Shown one piece after another: positions 19,071-29,207 of a DNA stretch of 64,000 nt. Within the stretch, counting starts at the first letter, position 1; every line of letters starts with the position of its first letter. This DNA is from a bacterium. Lineage in GTDB: Bacteria > UBA8248 > JACPRG01 > G963555815. Location of the stretch: positions 864,001 through 928,000 of the forward strand of contig CAUVWX020000001.1 of assembly GCA_963555815.3 (NCBI GenBank). Direction: 5' to 3'. The notes beneath the pieces were generated by a model. It searched no databases. It was not told the origin of the DNA and saw nothing but the letters and a program-made list of their open reading frames with translations. Made by a program: the position numbers and the translations under genes.

Positions 19071-20105
19071 GTGGGAGAGGTCCTCATCTCGGGCGGTGCG
19101 GGGTTCATCGGTTGCAACACGGCCCGAAGGTTTATCGAGCTTGGTCACCGAATCATCGTCCTCGACAACCTGAGCCGAAAAGGGGCTGACCTGAACCTGA
19201 CCTGGCTTCAGGAACAGGGTTCCGTTGATTTCGTCCAGGTTGATATCCGAGATGTAGCCGCCGTCCGGGAGGCCATCGGGCAATACCCACACCTGGACGC
19301 CATCATTCATCTCGCCTCTCAGGTGGCCGTCACCACATCGGTTAAAGACCCCCGGGAGGATTTCGAGGTCAACGCCCTGGGGACCTTCAACCTCCTGGAG
19401 GCCACACGGCTTTCCAAAGGGGACCCCGTCTTTCTCTTCGCCTCCACGAACAAGGTTTACGGCGGCCTGGACGGAGTGACCGTCGTGGAGCGAGACAACC
19501 GTCATACGTTCCGGGATCTTCCCGGCGGGATTGGCGAGGACCACCAGCTCGATTTCCACTCCCCCTACGGGTGCTCCAAGGGCGCCGCTGACCAGTATGT
19601 CCGGGACTACGGGCGGATCTACGGGCTCAGGACCGTCGTCTTGCGTCAGTCCTGCATTTATGGCTATCGGCAGTTTGGCGTCGAGGACCAGGGGTGGGTC
19701 GCTTGGTTCACCATCGCTGCCGTCCTGGGAAAGCCAATCGTCATCTACGGCGACGGCAAACAGGTTCGAGACCTCCTCTTCATCGATGACATGGTGGAGG
19801 GCTATCGTGTGGCCCTCGAGCAGATCGACCAGGCCTCTGGAAAGATCTACAACTTCGGGGGCGGACCTGAGAACGTCCTCTCCCTTCTCGAGCTCATCGC
19901 CATCCTGGAGGACCTCGCTGGCCGCAAGATCCCTCACTCCTTTGAGGGCTGGCGACCCGGGGACCAGCCCGTCTTCATCTGCAATATTGACAAGGCGTCA
20001 AGAGAGCTTGACTGGAAACCGCGGGTGAATCCGAAGGAAGGGGTTCAGCGCCTTTACGCCTGGGTCATCGAGAACCAGGACCTGCTGCGCACAGTCTTCA
20101 GTTAG
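19071..20105 (+). CDS. NAD-dependent nucleotide-sugar epimerase, CDP-paratose 2-epimerase (RfbE)-like
   Basis: GTG start after GGGAGAGG; ISGGAGFIG, HLASQVAVTTS, STNKVYG, SPYGCSKG, RQSCIYG, QFGVEDQGWVAWF. Confidence 0.88.
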   Translation: MGEVLISGGAGFIGCNTARRFIELGHRIIVLDNLSRKGADLNLTWLQEQGSVDFVQVDIRDVAAVREAIGQYPHLDAIIHLASQVAVTTSVKDPREDFEVNALGTFNLLEATRLSKGDPVFLFASTNKVYGGLDGVTVVERDNRHTFRDLPGGIGEDHQLDFHSPYGCSKGAADQYVRDYGRIYGLRTVVLRQSCIYGYRQFGVEDQGWVAWFTIAAVLGKPIVIYGDGKQVRDLLFIDDMVEGYRVALEQIDQASGKIYNFGGGPENVLSLLELIAILEDLAGRKIPHSFEGWRPGDQPVFICNIDKASRELDWKPRVNPKEGVQRLYAWVIENQDLLRTVFS

Positions 20106-20156
20106 GGAGGCGGGTCTGGCCAGCAACCCTCTCGTATTCGAAATTCCCCTCATGGC

Positions 20157-21539
20157 GTGAATCGGGTCTGGATGGAAAGGCCAAAAATCCTCATCGTCAT
20201 TCTCCTGGTGGCTCTCCTGCTGCGTCTCGGTGTTTCGATTCAGGCTAAGGGGGGGCCAGTCTCCGACGGACTGGAGTATGAGGGATACGCCCTCTCCCTC
20301 CTCTCCGGTCAGGGGTACCAGTACGAGACAGGGGGTGAGGTCCATCGATCTGACCGGCTTCCCCTCTACCCCATCTTTCTGGCGGGCACTTATTTCCTCT
20401 TCAATCACTCCCACCTGGCCGTCCGCATCCTTCAAGCCCTCTTGAGCGTCTTGACCGTCTTCCTCATCATTCGTCTGGGGGAGCGGTTGAGTTTCGGGAG
20501 GGCCGCCCTCCTGGGGGGTGGCCTCGCGGCCATTTATCCAAATTTCCTCATCTACTTCGGACCCGGATTCATCCTGACGGAGACGGTCTTTCTCTTCATG
20601 GTGGTCCTGGCCGTGGAGAGGGCCTCGGCCGCCCTGGAGCGCCCTTCGGCGGCGAGGCTCATCGGGCTTGGCCTGGCCCTGGTGGCGAGCGCCCTGGTGA
20701 AGGGGACAGGGGTCTTATTCCCCTTCTTCATCCTGGCCTACTTGGCCTTGTGGTCCGGGTGGACTGTAGGCGAGAAGGCTCGGCGCGTCGGGGGAGTCCT
20801 CCTCGTCTTTGTGGTCATCCTCTCCCCTTGGATGATCCGAAATTACCGAATCCACGACAGCTGGGTCTTCAGCACCAAGGGGGGTCAGGTCTTCTGGGAG
20901 TCGAACAATCCCACGGCCCGCGGGGGATGGGCTCCCGTGAACCCTCAGGACCAGGACCTTGAGAGGAATCTGACGGAGCGCGAGCGCCAGTATCTGGCCC
21001 AGCGTGCATCCCTCAGGGCCGAGAAGGCCGATGAGGTCCAAGCCATCATGTCTCGGTATCCCACCTCAGGGCTCTCAGAGGTGAAGGGCAATCAAGTACA
21101 GCTAAGGATGGGGCTTGATTACTGGATAGGATACCCGGCGCGGGTCCCAAAGCTCCTCTTTCGAAAGTTTCTGCTCCTTTGGAACCCCATCGGGCTCGAC
21201 TTTTTTCTCGGCTACACGCTTCTCTTGCCTTTTGGCCTCCTTGGCCTCTGGGTGGCGTGGCGAAGGGGAAGGGGGGGACTCCTTTTGACCCCCATTTTAT
21301 ATTTCAACTTCACCACCCTTCTCTTTTACGGCCACCCGCGGTTTCGCCTGCCCTTTGAGCCCTTCCTGGTCCTGGCCTCGGCCCTGGGGCTGACCCAGAC
21401 CTGGCGTCTTTGCCGGGCCCGCCCTGTCACCTTTGTGCTGCCGGCCGTCTGGGTGGTGCTCTGTCTCCTTGCGGCTTGGGATGTGGACCGCGCCCTCGCC
21501 CTCTTGAGGGGTCTCTTTTCACTCTTGGGGCTTCGGTAA
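20157..21539 (+). CDS. ArnT/PMT-like GT-C membrane glycosyltransferase
   Basis: Multi-TM; SDGLEY, RLPLYPIFLA, LTETVF, PWMIRNY, PRFRLPFEP. Confidence 0.8.
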   Translation: MNRVWMERPKILIVILLVALLLRLGVSIQAKGGPVSDGLEYEGYALSLLSGQGYQYETGGEVHRSDRLPLYPIFLAGTYFLFNHSHLAVRILQALLSVLTVFLIIRLGERLSFGRAALLGGGLAAIYPNFLIYFGPGFILTETVFLFMVVLAVERASAALERPSAARLIGLGLALVASALVKGTGVLFPFFILAYLALWSGWTVGEKARRVGGVLLVFVVILSPWMIRNYRIHDSWVFSTKGGQVFWESNNPTARGGWAPVNPQDQDLERNLTERERQYLAQRASLRAEKADEVQAIMSRYPTSGLSEVKGNQVQLRMGLDYWIGYPARVPKLLFRKFLLLWNPIGLDFFLGYTLLLPFGLLGLWVAWRRGRGGLLLTPILYFNFTTLLFYGHPRFRLPFEPFLVLASALGLTQTWRLCRARPVTFVLPAVWVVLCLLAAWDVDRALALLRGLFSLLGLR

Positions 21540-21542
21540 ACC

Positions 21543-23126
21543 TTGTCCGCAGATACCCCTGATCGGCCCCTTGAGAAGCCCTGGCGGGCGACGAGGAGCG
21601 TCAGCGGTCTCACACTCATCTCGGTTGTTGGGGCTGTAGTAGGCGCTCTTTCCAACGCCCTTATCGCCTTCCATTTTGGGGCTGGCCGCCTGACGGACGC
21701 CTTCTTCCTGGCCCAGTCCATCCCCCTTGTCTTCGCTCAGCTCCTCCAAAGCGGGCCCCTCCCGAGCGTCTTTTTGCCCATCTTTATCCGCGCCCGGCAG
21801 GAGGAGGGCCAGCCGAGCTGGCGCCTTCTGAACAACTTGATCACCCTCCTCTTGATTCTGAATGCGGTGCTGATCGTCGTCGGTTTTATCTTTGCGCCCC
21901 TTCTTGTTCGAGCGATCGGCATCGGCTTTGATGCCGAGAGAGCGGCCCTGGGTACGCGGGTGCTGCGATTCCTCATCTTTGCCCTTATCTCGCAAACCCT
22001 CTCGGGTGTGCTCATGATCGCCCTGAACTCCCTGAACCTCTTTGTCCTCCCAGCTCTTCTGAGTCTTTTGCCCGCCACCGGGGTCATCGTCATGGTGGCT
22101 CTTTTTGCCTCTTCCTGGGGCATAGACGCCTGGATCTGGGGAAACCTCGTCGGTCCGGCCGCCTTTCTCCTGGGCCTGGGTCTCGTACTTAGAAGCCAGG
22201 GTTTCCGCTATCGGTTTGTCCTGGACCTTCGACAGCCAGAGTTGCGCGAGGTCATCCGGCAGGCGAGCCGATTCTTCATCAGTTCGGCCTTCACGCAGGG
22301 CCAGATTCTGTCCACCAAATTCGTGGCCTCTCTTCTTGCCCCCGGCAGCCTCTCGGCGCTCGCCTATGCCGAGCGGATCTTCCTGGCGGCGTCCTCCCTC
22401 TTCATCCTGCCGCTTCCCAGTGTGATCTTTCCGGAGCTCGTTAGGCGCCAGGTGGCGGACCGTCTGGGGGACCTTCGCCAGCTTCTCTTCAAGGCCTCTC
22501 GCGCCCTGGTCCTTCAGCTCACGCCCCTCACGATTGGGATGATGGTCACCAGCGGTTGGGTGGTGGGCCTTCTTCTCCAGCGGGGCCTCTTTGATGCCCA
22601 GGATAGTTCGAAAACCACGTGGGCCCTCACGCTCTACTTCATGGCCTTCCTTCCCCTCGGCTATAAAATGCTCTTCACGAACTCTCTCTACGCGCTTCAG
22701 AGGACGCGGGTCGTCGTCCTTGCGTTGTGCGCTGGACAGGCGGCTATTATCGTGGGAAATTTCACCCTTCCTTGGCTCTTTGACTTTGCGGGGGTGGCCC
22801 TGGCGCACGTCATTGGACAATTTGTCCTCGTGGCCGTTCAGACTCATTACCTGAGGCGTGAGTTCTCGCTTGAGGGGGTTTTCTTGAACGCCTCGACCAA
22901 AAAGTCCCTTCTGGCGGGGGCGACGATGGGGGTGATCGGGGCCCTGCTCATCGTGTGGCTGCCCCCCGTGGCAAGCGCCTCCCTGGGGATGAGGGGGGCC
23001 GGACTCTTGGGGTTGGTGGCAATTTTGGCCCTAATTTACACCGTCCTCGTTCTGGGCTTTCGAATCCCGGAGGCCCAACAGCTCTGGGCGGCGATCAGGG
23101 TGCGCCTGGGGGGTCGGTCGTCTTGA
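21543..23126 (+). CDS. MurJ/MviN-family (MOP) flippase
   Basis: AFHFGAGRLTDAFFLA, VFLPIF, GSLSALAYAERI, IFPEL, QRGLFD; many TM segments. Confidence 0.85.
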   Translation: MSADTPDRPLEKPWRATRSVSGLTLISVVGAVVGALSNALIAFHFGAGRLTDAFFLAQSIPLVFAQLLQSGPLPSVFLPIFIRARQEEGQPSWRLLNNLITLLLILNAVLIVVGFIFAPLLVRAIGIGFDAERAALGTRVLRFLIFALISQTLSGVLMIALNSLNLFVLPALLSLLPATGVIVMVALFASSWGIDAWIWGNLVGPAAFLLGLGLVLRSQGFRYRFVLDLRQPELREVIRQASRFFISSAFTQGQILSTKFVASLLAPGSLSALAYAERIFLAASSLFILPLPSVIFPELVRRQVADRLGDLRQLLFKASRALVLQLTPLTIGMMVTSGWVVGLLLQRGLFDAQDSSKTTWALTLYFMAFLPLGYKMLFTNSLYALQRTRVVVLALCAGQAAIIVGNFTLPWLFDFAGVALAHVIGQFVLVAVQTHYLRREFSLEGVFLNASTKKSLLAGATMGVIGALLIVWLPPVASASLGMRGAGLLGLVAILALIYTVLVLGFRIPEAQQLWAAIRVRLGGRSS

Positions 23127-23177
23127 GGAGGGAGGAACACCAGGGGGCCACGACGGCGAGGATCAGGGAAGGGCCCA

Positions 23178-24053
23178 TCAGGCTTTTCGTCCGAGTACCG
23201 AGATCATCGAGATCCCCTGCATCGCCAGCATCGCAGTCTGAGAGAGGGCCCGCGAGAGGGCATTTGGATTCCGCAGGACCCGGTGGAGCCCGAGACGTCT
23301 CAACTGTGTTCCCCGGCCCCCGAAACCTTCTACCATTCGCCCGAACTCCATCGGGGGGTCACTCGCCACATACTCCACGCCCGTTCTTCGAAACCACCCC
23401 AGGATCTGCCCGTAGGTGTGATGGCTAAGAACGGGGACCCCAAAATTGTCGTAGAGGTAGGTGGCCTTCGTGAGTCCATGTGACTCCTCGTGGCGGGGTT
23501 TGTAGAAGAGCCGCTCTGCCCAGCGGACTCTTCCCTCCACATTTTGGGCCAGGGACCGGATCAACAATATTCGCCACAGGGCCCCTTTATCCCTCACCAT
23601 CCCTCCTCGGCTAAAAAGGGAAAAAACCTTGATCAGGAGGTGTCCTCCAGGTCGCAGGGCGCGGGAGAGTTTTTGGACACCCCGCTCTGGGTCTCCCGTG
23701 TGATGGAGCACCATGTGGGAGTAGATGAAATCGAAACATGCCGTCTTCAAAGGGGGCTCCAGGATGGAACCGCGAAGGAAACGGACCTCAGGGAAGGTTT
23801 CGTGGGCGTACTTCAGCGAGCCGTCGGAGAAATCTAGGCCGAAAACCAAAGGACCTTTTGAGGCGACGAAGGAGGCGATCTCGCCCGTTCCGCAGCCCGC
23901 GTCAAGGACTGGCCGGCCCTGAAGGGTCTCGAGAGAGACTCCCAGGCGGCAGAGCTCCTCGGCGAAGTAGCGGGTCATTTTTCTTACCCCCTCCGAGCTT
24001 CGCTTGGGGAAGGGGTGACGACTGTACATCTCAGCGACCGGTCTCATGCTCAT
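23178..24053 (-). CDS. Class I SAM-dependent methyltransferase
   Basis: VLDAGCGTG, GLDFS, FDFIYSHMVLHH, LRPGG. Confidence 0.85.
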   Translation of the reverse strand: MSMRPVAEMYSRHPFPKRSSEGVRKMTRYFAEELCRLGVSLETLQGRPVLDAGCGTGEIASFVASKGPLVFGLDFSDGSLKYAHETFPEVRFLRGSILEPPLKTACFDFIYSHMVLHHTGDPERGVQKLSRALRPGGHLLIKVFSLFSRGGMVRDKGALWRILLIRSLAQNVEGRVRWAERLFYKPRHEESHGLTKATYLYDNFGVPVLSHHTYGQILGWFRRTGVEYVASDPPMEFGRMVEGFGGRGTQLRRLGLHRVLRNPNALSRALSQTAMLAMQGISMISVLGRKA

Positions 24054-24353
24054 CCTCTTTTCATAAAGACGGGATGGTATTCTAACAAAAATTTTTGGGT
24101 ATGGGAGGGACTTTGGGGGGCTAGTGTCTCGGTTGTGGACCCGTAAATTTGTAAGGGAGGGGGTAAGGAGGCTGGTTGGTCCACCGTCTTCGCCGGAAAC
24201 TCTATGGCGGAAAATATGCCGCTCAAATCCCTGGAAAAGGCAATGCGGTGCTGCGCGTTTCCATCCCTACCGGATTTGGCCGAGCCCCAAATTCAGGATC
24301 TAAAGATCCTGAATTTGGAGAGTGGTAAACAAGCCATGCAGTTATTCCTATAC

Positions 24354-24369
24354 ATACAAGATGTTGTGG
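24354..24369 (+). promoter_or_regulatory. NrdR box 1
   Basis: ATACAAGATGTTGTGG fits the NrdR consensus acaCwAtATaTwGtgt; lies upstream of nrdJ. Confidence 0.8.
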
Positions 24370-24387
24370 CAATATACGATTTTTTAC

Positions 24388-24415
24388 TTGACAACACACA
24401 CCATATTGGTATTAA
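24388..24415 (+). promoter_or_regulatory. nrdJ promoter candidate with NrdR box 2 (24396-24411) between -35 and -10
   Basis: TTGACA at 24388-24393; ACACACCATATTGGTA at 24396-24411, 42 bp from box 1; imperfect -10 TATTAA at 24410-24415. Confidence 0.7.
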
Positions 24416-24637
24416 AAGAAAACTCTGTATTGGTATCAAAATGAGAATAGTACTAAAAAACAATGTATTAAGAATCAAAGGGTTTTATGAAGTAAGTACT
24501 CTGGTTTTGACACTATTCCGCGGCTTTGCTTTAGAGGCAGACAAGAACCAGAGGGACGAGTTGGAAGCTTTCGGGTTCGCCGGGTCTTCTTCTTCGGAGT
24601 TTTAGAACAACCCAGATTTGAAAGAAGGGGGGGCATT

Positions 24638-27430
24638 GTGCCAAGGGAGGAGGGACAGGTCGCTCGCGGCGCGGAGGGCGTCGAAACAGGAGAGGTAAAG
24701 AGAGAGGAAAAGGTCGAAAGGCTGGAACGGCCTCGTTTAGAAGGGGGTCTGAAATTCGCCCGCCGTTTTACCGATTCTGCCCTACATCCCTATGACGTCA
24801 TCGAAGGTGGATGGGAGCCGCGGACCGCCCTCATCACGAACGAAAAGGGGGAGAAGATCTTCGAGCAGAAGGAGATCGAGATCCCCAAAAGCTGGTCCAT
24901 GCTGGCCACCAACGTGGTGGTCTCGAAATATTTCAGGAAGTCCAAGGACCCGTCAAAGCGGGAACACAGTGTCAAGCAGCTGGTGGATCGGGTGGCGAAG
25001 ACCATCTCGCAATGGGGCAGGCAGGGAGGCTATTTTGACACCGCTGAAGATGTCGACACCTTCGAGGCCGAGCTGACCCACCTCCTCGTCAACCAGATGG
25101 CCGCCTTCAACAGCCCGGTCTGGTTCAATGTAGGTCTTGAACCCCATCCCCAGTGCTCGGCCTGCTTCATCAACTCCGTCGAAGACAACATGGACTCTAT
25201 CCTTCGTCTGACCCGAACTGAGGGGATGCTCTTCAAATACGGCTCGGGCACCGGAACCAATCTCTCTCCCATTCGGTCCTCCAAGGAGGTCCTCTCCAAT
25301 GGGGGTGAGCCTTCCGGCCCTGTCTCCTTTATGAAGGGATACGACGCCTTCGCGGGCGTCATCAAATCGGGCGGGAAGACCCGGCGGGCCGCCAAAATGG
25401 TCATCCTGAACATCGGTCACCCCGACATCCAGGAGTTCATCAACTGCAAGGCCGAGGAGGAGAAGAAGGCCTGGGCCCTCATCGACGCAGGCTACGACGG
25501 TTCCTTCAACGGGGTGGCCTATCAGTCAGTCTTCTTCCAGAACAGTAATAACAGCGTCCGGGTTGCCGACGAGTTCATGCACGCCGTCCTGGAGGATGAT
25601 CTCTGGCAGACGAGGGCCGTGACTGAGCCCGACCGCGTCGTCGACACCTACCGGGCCCGGGACCTGATGAGGCAGATCGCAGAGGCCTCCTGGATTTGCG
25701 GGGATCCGGGAATGCAGTTCCATACGACTGTCAACGCCTGGCACACCTGTCCCGAGACAGCCCCCATCAATGCCAGCAACCCCTGTAGCGAATACATGTT
25801 CCTGGACGATACCGCCTGCAACCTCGCCTCTTTGAACCTAATGAAGTTCCGGGACGAGGCCGGGAACTTTGACGTCGAGGCCTTCCGACAGGCCGTCCGC
25901 ATCACGATCACCGCCCAGGAGATCCTCGTCGATAACGCCAGCTATCCGACCCCCGCCATTGAGCAAAACAGCCACGACTACCGGCCCCTCGGCCTTGGCT
26001 ACGCGAATCTGGGGGCCCTCCTGATGGCCCGAGGTACCCCCTATGACAGCGCCGCCGGAAGGGCCATGGCGGCAGCCATCACAGCCCTGATGACGGGCGA
26101 GGCCTACCGGATGTCGGCCGAGATGGCCGCCCATACCGATCCCTTTTCCGGCTTTGAGAAAAATTCTAAGGCCATGCTCCATGTGATGGGGAAGCACAGG
26201 GCCGCCCTTGAGGGCGTCGAAAATGGGCTCTCGCCGAAGGACCTCTTGGCGACGGAGCCGCTTCTGGAGGCCGCCCGATCTGTCTGGGACGAGGCCCTGG
26301 TGCTGGGCACAAAACATGGCTACCGGAACTCCCAGGCGACGGTCCTCGCCCCCACCGGGACGATTGGCTTCATGATGGACTGTGACACGACGGGAGTGGA
26401 GCCGGACATCGCCCTCGTCAAATACAAGAAGCTCGTGGGCGGCGGCGTCCTCAAGATCGTGAACCAGACCGTTCCTGAGGCCCTCCGGCACCTGGGATAC
26501 ACCGAGGAAAAGGTGACAGAAATCATCTCATACATTGACGAGAACGGCACCATCGAGGGGGCGCCCCACCTCAAGGATGAGCACCTCCCCGTCTTCGACT
26601 GCGCCTTCACACCGGCCAACGGGGTCCGGAGCATTCACTACATGGGCCACGTCCGGATGATGGGGGCCGTTCAGCCCTTCATCTCGGGGGCCATCAGCAA
26701 GACCGTCAACATGCCGGGCGAGGCCACCTCCGAGGATATCAGCCGTGCCTACATCGACTCCTGGAAGCTGGGGCTGAAGGCCATCGCCATCTACCGGGAT
26801 GGCTGCAAGCGGACCCAGCCCCTCAATACGTCTCTGAAGGAAGGGGTAAAGGAGAAAGAGAGCCTTCGCCCCATCCGAAGGCGCCTTCCCGACGAGCGGC
26901 CCACCATCGGGCACAAGTTCAGCGTCGGGGGCCACGAGGGATATATCCACGTCGGGAAGTATGATGATGGAACGCCGGGGGAGATCTTCATCACGATGGC
27001 CAAGGAGGGGTCCTTCATCTCAGGCCTCATGGACACCTTTGCGACGGCCATCTCCATCGCCCTTCAGTATGGGGTCCCCATCAAAGTCCTCGTGGACAAG
27101 TTCAGCCACACGCGCTTTGAGCCCTCTGGCTGGACCAATAACCCCAAGATCCGGTACGCCAAGAGCCTCATGGACTACATCTTCCGGTGGCTCGGGATGA
27201 AGTTTTTGACGCCCGAAGAGCAGGGGATCGCCGTGGAGCCTGCCCCGGAAGGGCTGAAAGTAGAAGGGGATCTGACAGACGGCCAGGCGACGGTCCTCGC
27301 GGAGGCCGAGCGGCAGATCTTTTTGGCCCAGGCGGACGCCCCTCCCTGTCACGAATGCGGCTCCACCATGGTCCGAAACGGCTCCTGCTACCGCTGCCAC
27401 AACTGTGGCGCCACCAGCGGGTGTTCGTAG
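24638..27430 (+). CDS. nrdJ: Class II (adenosylcobalamin-dependent) ribonucleotide reductase
   Basis: FNSPVWFN, QCSACFI, GGKTRRAAKM, ASNPCSE, LAPTGT, ISGAISKT, C-terminal TSCPD-like region and CHECG...CYRCHNCGATSGCS. Confidence 0.96.
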   Translation: MPREEGQVARGAEGVETGEVKREEKVERLERPRLEGGLKFARRFTDSALHPYDVIEGGWEPRTALITNEKGEKIFEQKEIEIPKSWSMLATNVVVSKYFRKSKDPSKREHSVKQLVDRVAKTISQWGRQGGYFDTAEDVDTFEAELTHLLVNQMAAFNSPVWFNVGLEPHPQCSACFINSVEDNMDSILRLTRTEGMLFKYGSGTGTNLSPIRSSKEVLSNGGEPSGPVSFMKGYDAFAGVIKSGGKTRRAAKMVILNIGHPDIQEFINCKAEEEKKAWALIDAGYDGSFNGVAYQSVFFQNSNNSVRVADEFMHAVLEDDLWQTRAVTEPDRVVDTYRARDLMRQIAEASWICGDPGMQFHTTVNAWHTCPETAPINASNPCSEYMFLDDTACNLASLNLMKFRDEAGNFDVEAFRQAVRITITAQEILVDNASYPTPAIEQNSHDYRPLGLGYANLGALLMARGTPYDSAAGRAMAAAITALMTGEAYRMSAEMAAHTDPFSGFEKNSKAMLHVMGKHRAALEGVENGLSPKDLLATEPLLEAARSVWDEALVLGTKHGYRNSQATVLAPTGTIGFMMDCDTTGVEPDIALVKYKKLVGGGVLKIVNQTVPEALRHLGYTEEKVTEIISYIDENGTIEGAPHLKDEHLPVFDCAFTPANGVRSIHYMGHVRMMGAVQPFISGAISKTVNMPGEATSEDISRAYIDSWKLGLKAIAIYRDGCKRTQPLNTSLKEGVKEKESLRPIRRRLPDERPTIGHKFSVGGHEGYIHVGKYDDGTPGEIFITMAKEGSFISGLMDTFATAISIALQYGVPIKVLVDKFSHTRFEPSGWTNNPKIRYAKSLMDYIFRWLGMKFLTPEEQGIAVEPAPEGLKVEGDLTDGQATVLAEAERQIFLAQADAPPCHECGSTMVRNGSCYRCHNCGATSGCS

Positions 27431-27453
27431 GGCGTTAGTAGGGAGGATAAGAG

Positions 27454-27747
27454 ACGGGGCGCCTAGAAAGAGTCACGAGAGTCCTTGACGGCTATACGTT
27501 TAAGACGGCGAGCCGAAAAAACCCCGTCAGGCTGGCGAGCGAGGAATCATTCAAGAATGGGCAACCGGGAGCGATCAACGCCGCTCGAATTCTCCGAGAT
27601 CTGATTGAGGGCAAGGCGGTCCAGATTGAACCGGTAGGCGAAGACGACTACGGCCGGACCGTGGCCCGGGTTTACTTAGCTCAGAATTCGACGAATCATC
27701 GGAATCATCGAAGGTCGAAGAACAAAAAGAAGCGAGCTAAGAGCTAG
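27454..27747 (+). pseudogene. Degenerate thermonuclease (SNase) family gene with ACG in place of the start codon
   Basis: GGAGG at 27442-27446, then ACG and GRLERVTRVLDGYTFKT...PVRLASEESFKNGQPG...LRDLIEGKAVQIEPVGEDDYGRTVARVY...; TAG at 27745-27747; in-frame TAA just upstream at 27448. Confidence 0.7.
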
Positions 27748-27823
27748 AAAGAATTCTGTAAGATCCTGAATTACATCTAAAAGTTATGGCCCAGCGCCGG
27801 ATTTCACCCGTATCCTGAAAAGC

Positions 27824-29074
27824 CTAGGCTGCGTCCGCGTCCGAAAGAAGGACGAGGACGCCGGAGTACTGGTGGAGATAGATCTTTTGGCGGATGGGGG
27901 CGATCTCGGCCCCTGTAAAAAACCCGATGATGGGAATATTGCCCAGCCTTTCCCGAATGGTCTCAATGTCCACTGACGGCTTTCCGTACAAAGAACTCCC
28001 CCGGCCCACACAGTTGAAATAAAAGCCGAAGCTCGCGGGTCCCCGCCCAGACCGAGACGAGGCCGAGGAAAGGGAATCCACCATCTTGGCCAGGTCCCGG
28101 CGGGCCCCCTCTCCCTCCTTGAGGGTGAGATAGATGGCTTGGCCCATCGAGACGGGCTCCGGAAGCCCAATGGCCCCCGACTTGGGGTCTACGCCGACAA
28201 TGTTCCTGACGAGGTAGCTCCCCCGCTCCAGCTTCATATCGTCCGGGTCTTTGGGAAGGCCGACGAAAACCTTCGTGAGGGCCAGCTGGGGATTCTCCAC
28301 CAGGGACTCCCCGGTCGTCTCGGAAAGCACTTCAAGGGCGGGTCGGCCCCCCAGCTCATAGATGACGTTGCGATCCGCCCGGGTCACCACCCAGGGATCT
28401 CCCAGCGGGCGGCAGGCCTGGGTCACGTGAATGTCTGCGCTAAAAGTCCCCTTGAAGATCAGTCCCGACACAGCGTCGGACTCCACCTGGCCGTCGCAGA
28501 ATTGGTAAGTTCTCCCCTGGGTGCCGTCCTCCGAGGCGCCGCCTCCCACGACGGGGGCCGAGCCCAAGGCCTCCTGAAGGGACTCAAACAGGGGCTCAGG
28601 CTGAAGGCGATAGGTGTCAGGCAGGAGGAGGACGAGGGGGTCTGACCCGTCCGGGAGGTTTTCTTGGGCTCTTTTTGCGATCTCCTCCCCCACGACGTGC
28701 CCCCGGCCCCTCAGGGGATGGCAGAGGAAGGAATGGGCGGAGATCTGCTCGGAGGCTACGGCCAGGATGGCAATCCCCGGGGCGCCCTCGATCTCCCCGT
28801 CAGAGGTCAGGACGCCGTAGCCGCTGCACCCAGCGACCTGCTTGGCCCCTGTCTCTTCCTGAACCCACTTCATCAGGGGGCGGTACTGGGCGAAGTGGTG
28901 AGGGGTGGCAAAGAGGACGACGAAATCAGCCCGTTCGATGCCGGCCCGATTCATGGCGAGGTGGATGGCCTCCCGGGCCGCCACCTCGGTGTCCTGCTCT
29001 CCTGATAGCCCGACCCCGGCCCGAGTCCTGGACAACTTCACTCTAAAAACTCCACCGTGCGAGTTGAAAGCCAA
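27824..29074 (-). CDS. Stand-alone FIST N/C domain sensory protein
   Basis: VAGCSGYGVL, PVVGGGAS, VTQACRPLG, ELGGRPA, YLVRNIVG, FNCVGRG, GFFTGAEI; start uncertain. Confidence 0.88.
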   Translation of the reverse strand: MAFNSHGGVFRVKLSRTRAGVGLSGEQDTEVAAREAIHLAMNRAGIERADFVVLFATPHHFAQYRPLMKWVQEETGAKQVAGCSGYGVLTSDGEIEGAPGIAILAVASEQISAHSFLCHPLRGRGHVVGEEIAKRAQENLPDGSDPLVLLLPDTYRLQPEPLFESLQEALGSAPVVGGGASEDGTQGRTYQFCDGQVESDAVSGLIFKGTFSADIHVTQACRPLGDPWVVTRADRNVIYELGGRPALEVLSETTGESLVENPQLALTKVFVGLPKDPDDMKLERGSYLVRNIVGVDPKSGAIGLPEPVSMGQAIYLTLKEGEGARRDLAKMVDSLSSASSRSGRGPASFGFYFNCVGRGSSLYGKPSVDIETIRERLGNIPIIGFFTGAEIAPIRQKIYLHQYSGVLVLLSDADAA

Positions 29075-29207
29075 TGCCCTTGCGGAACGATTTCGCTCCG
29101 AATAAATACCTTTTTATGATACACGGTATGCTACATCGAAGGATGAAGGGGGTAAAGGGCCTTAGGGCCGTCTGAAAGACCCCTTGACCGGTACGCGTCA
29201 AAATCTT

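Noticed and set aside
24204..24605. 133-aa ORF (and antisense 61-aa ORF) upstream of nrdJ
   Set aside because: They overlap the promoter and NrdR boxes and show no recognisable motif; probably spurious.
24638..27430. Intein or intron in nrdJ
   Set aside because: The ORF is continuous, of ordinary length and lacks splicing or homing-endonuclease motifs.
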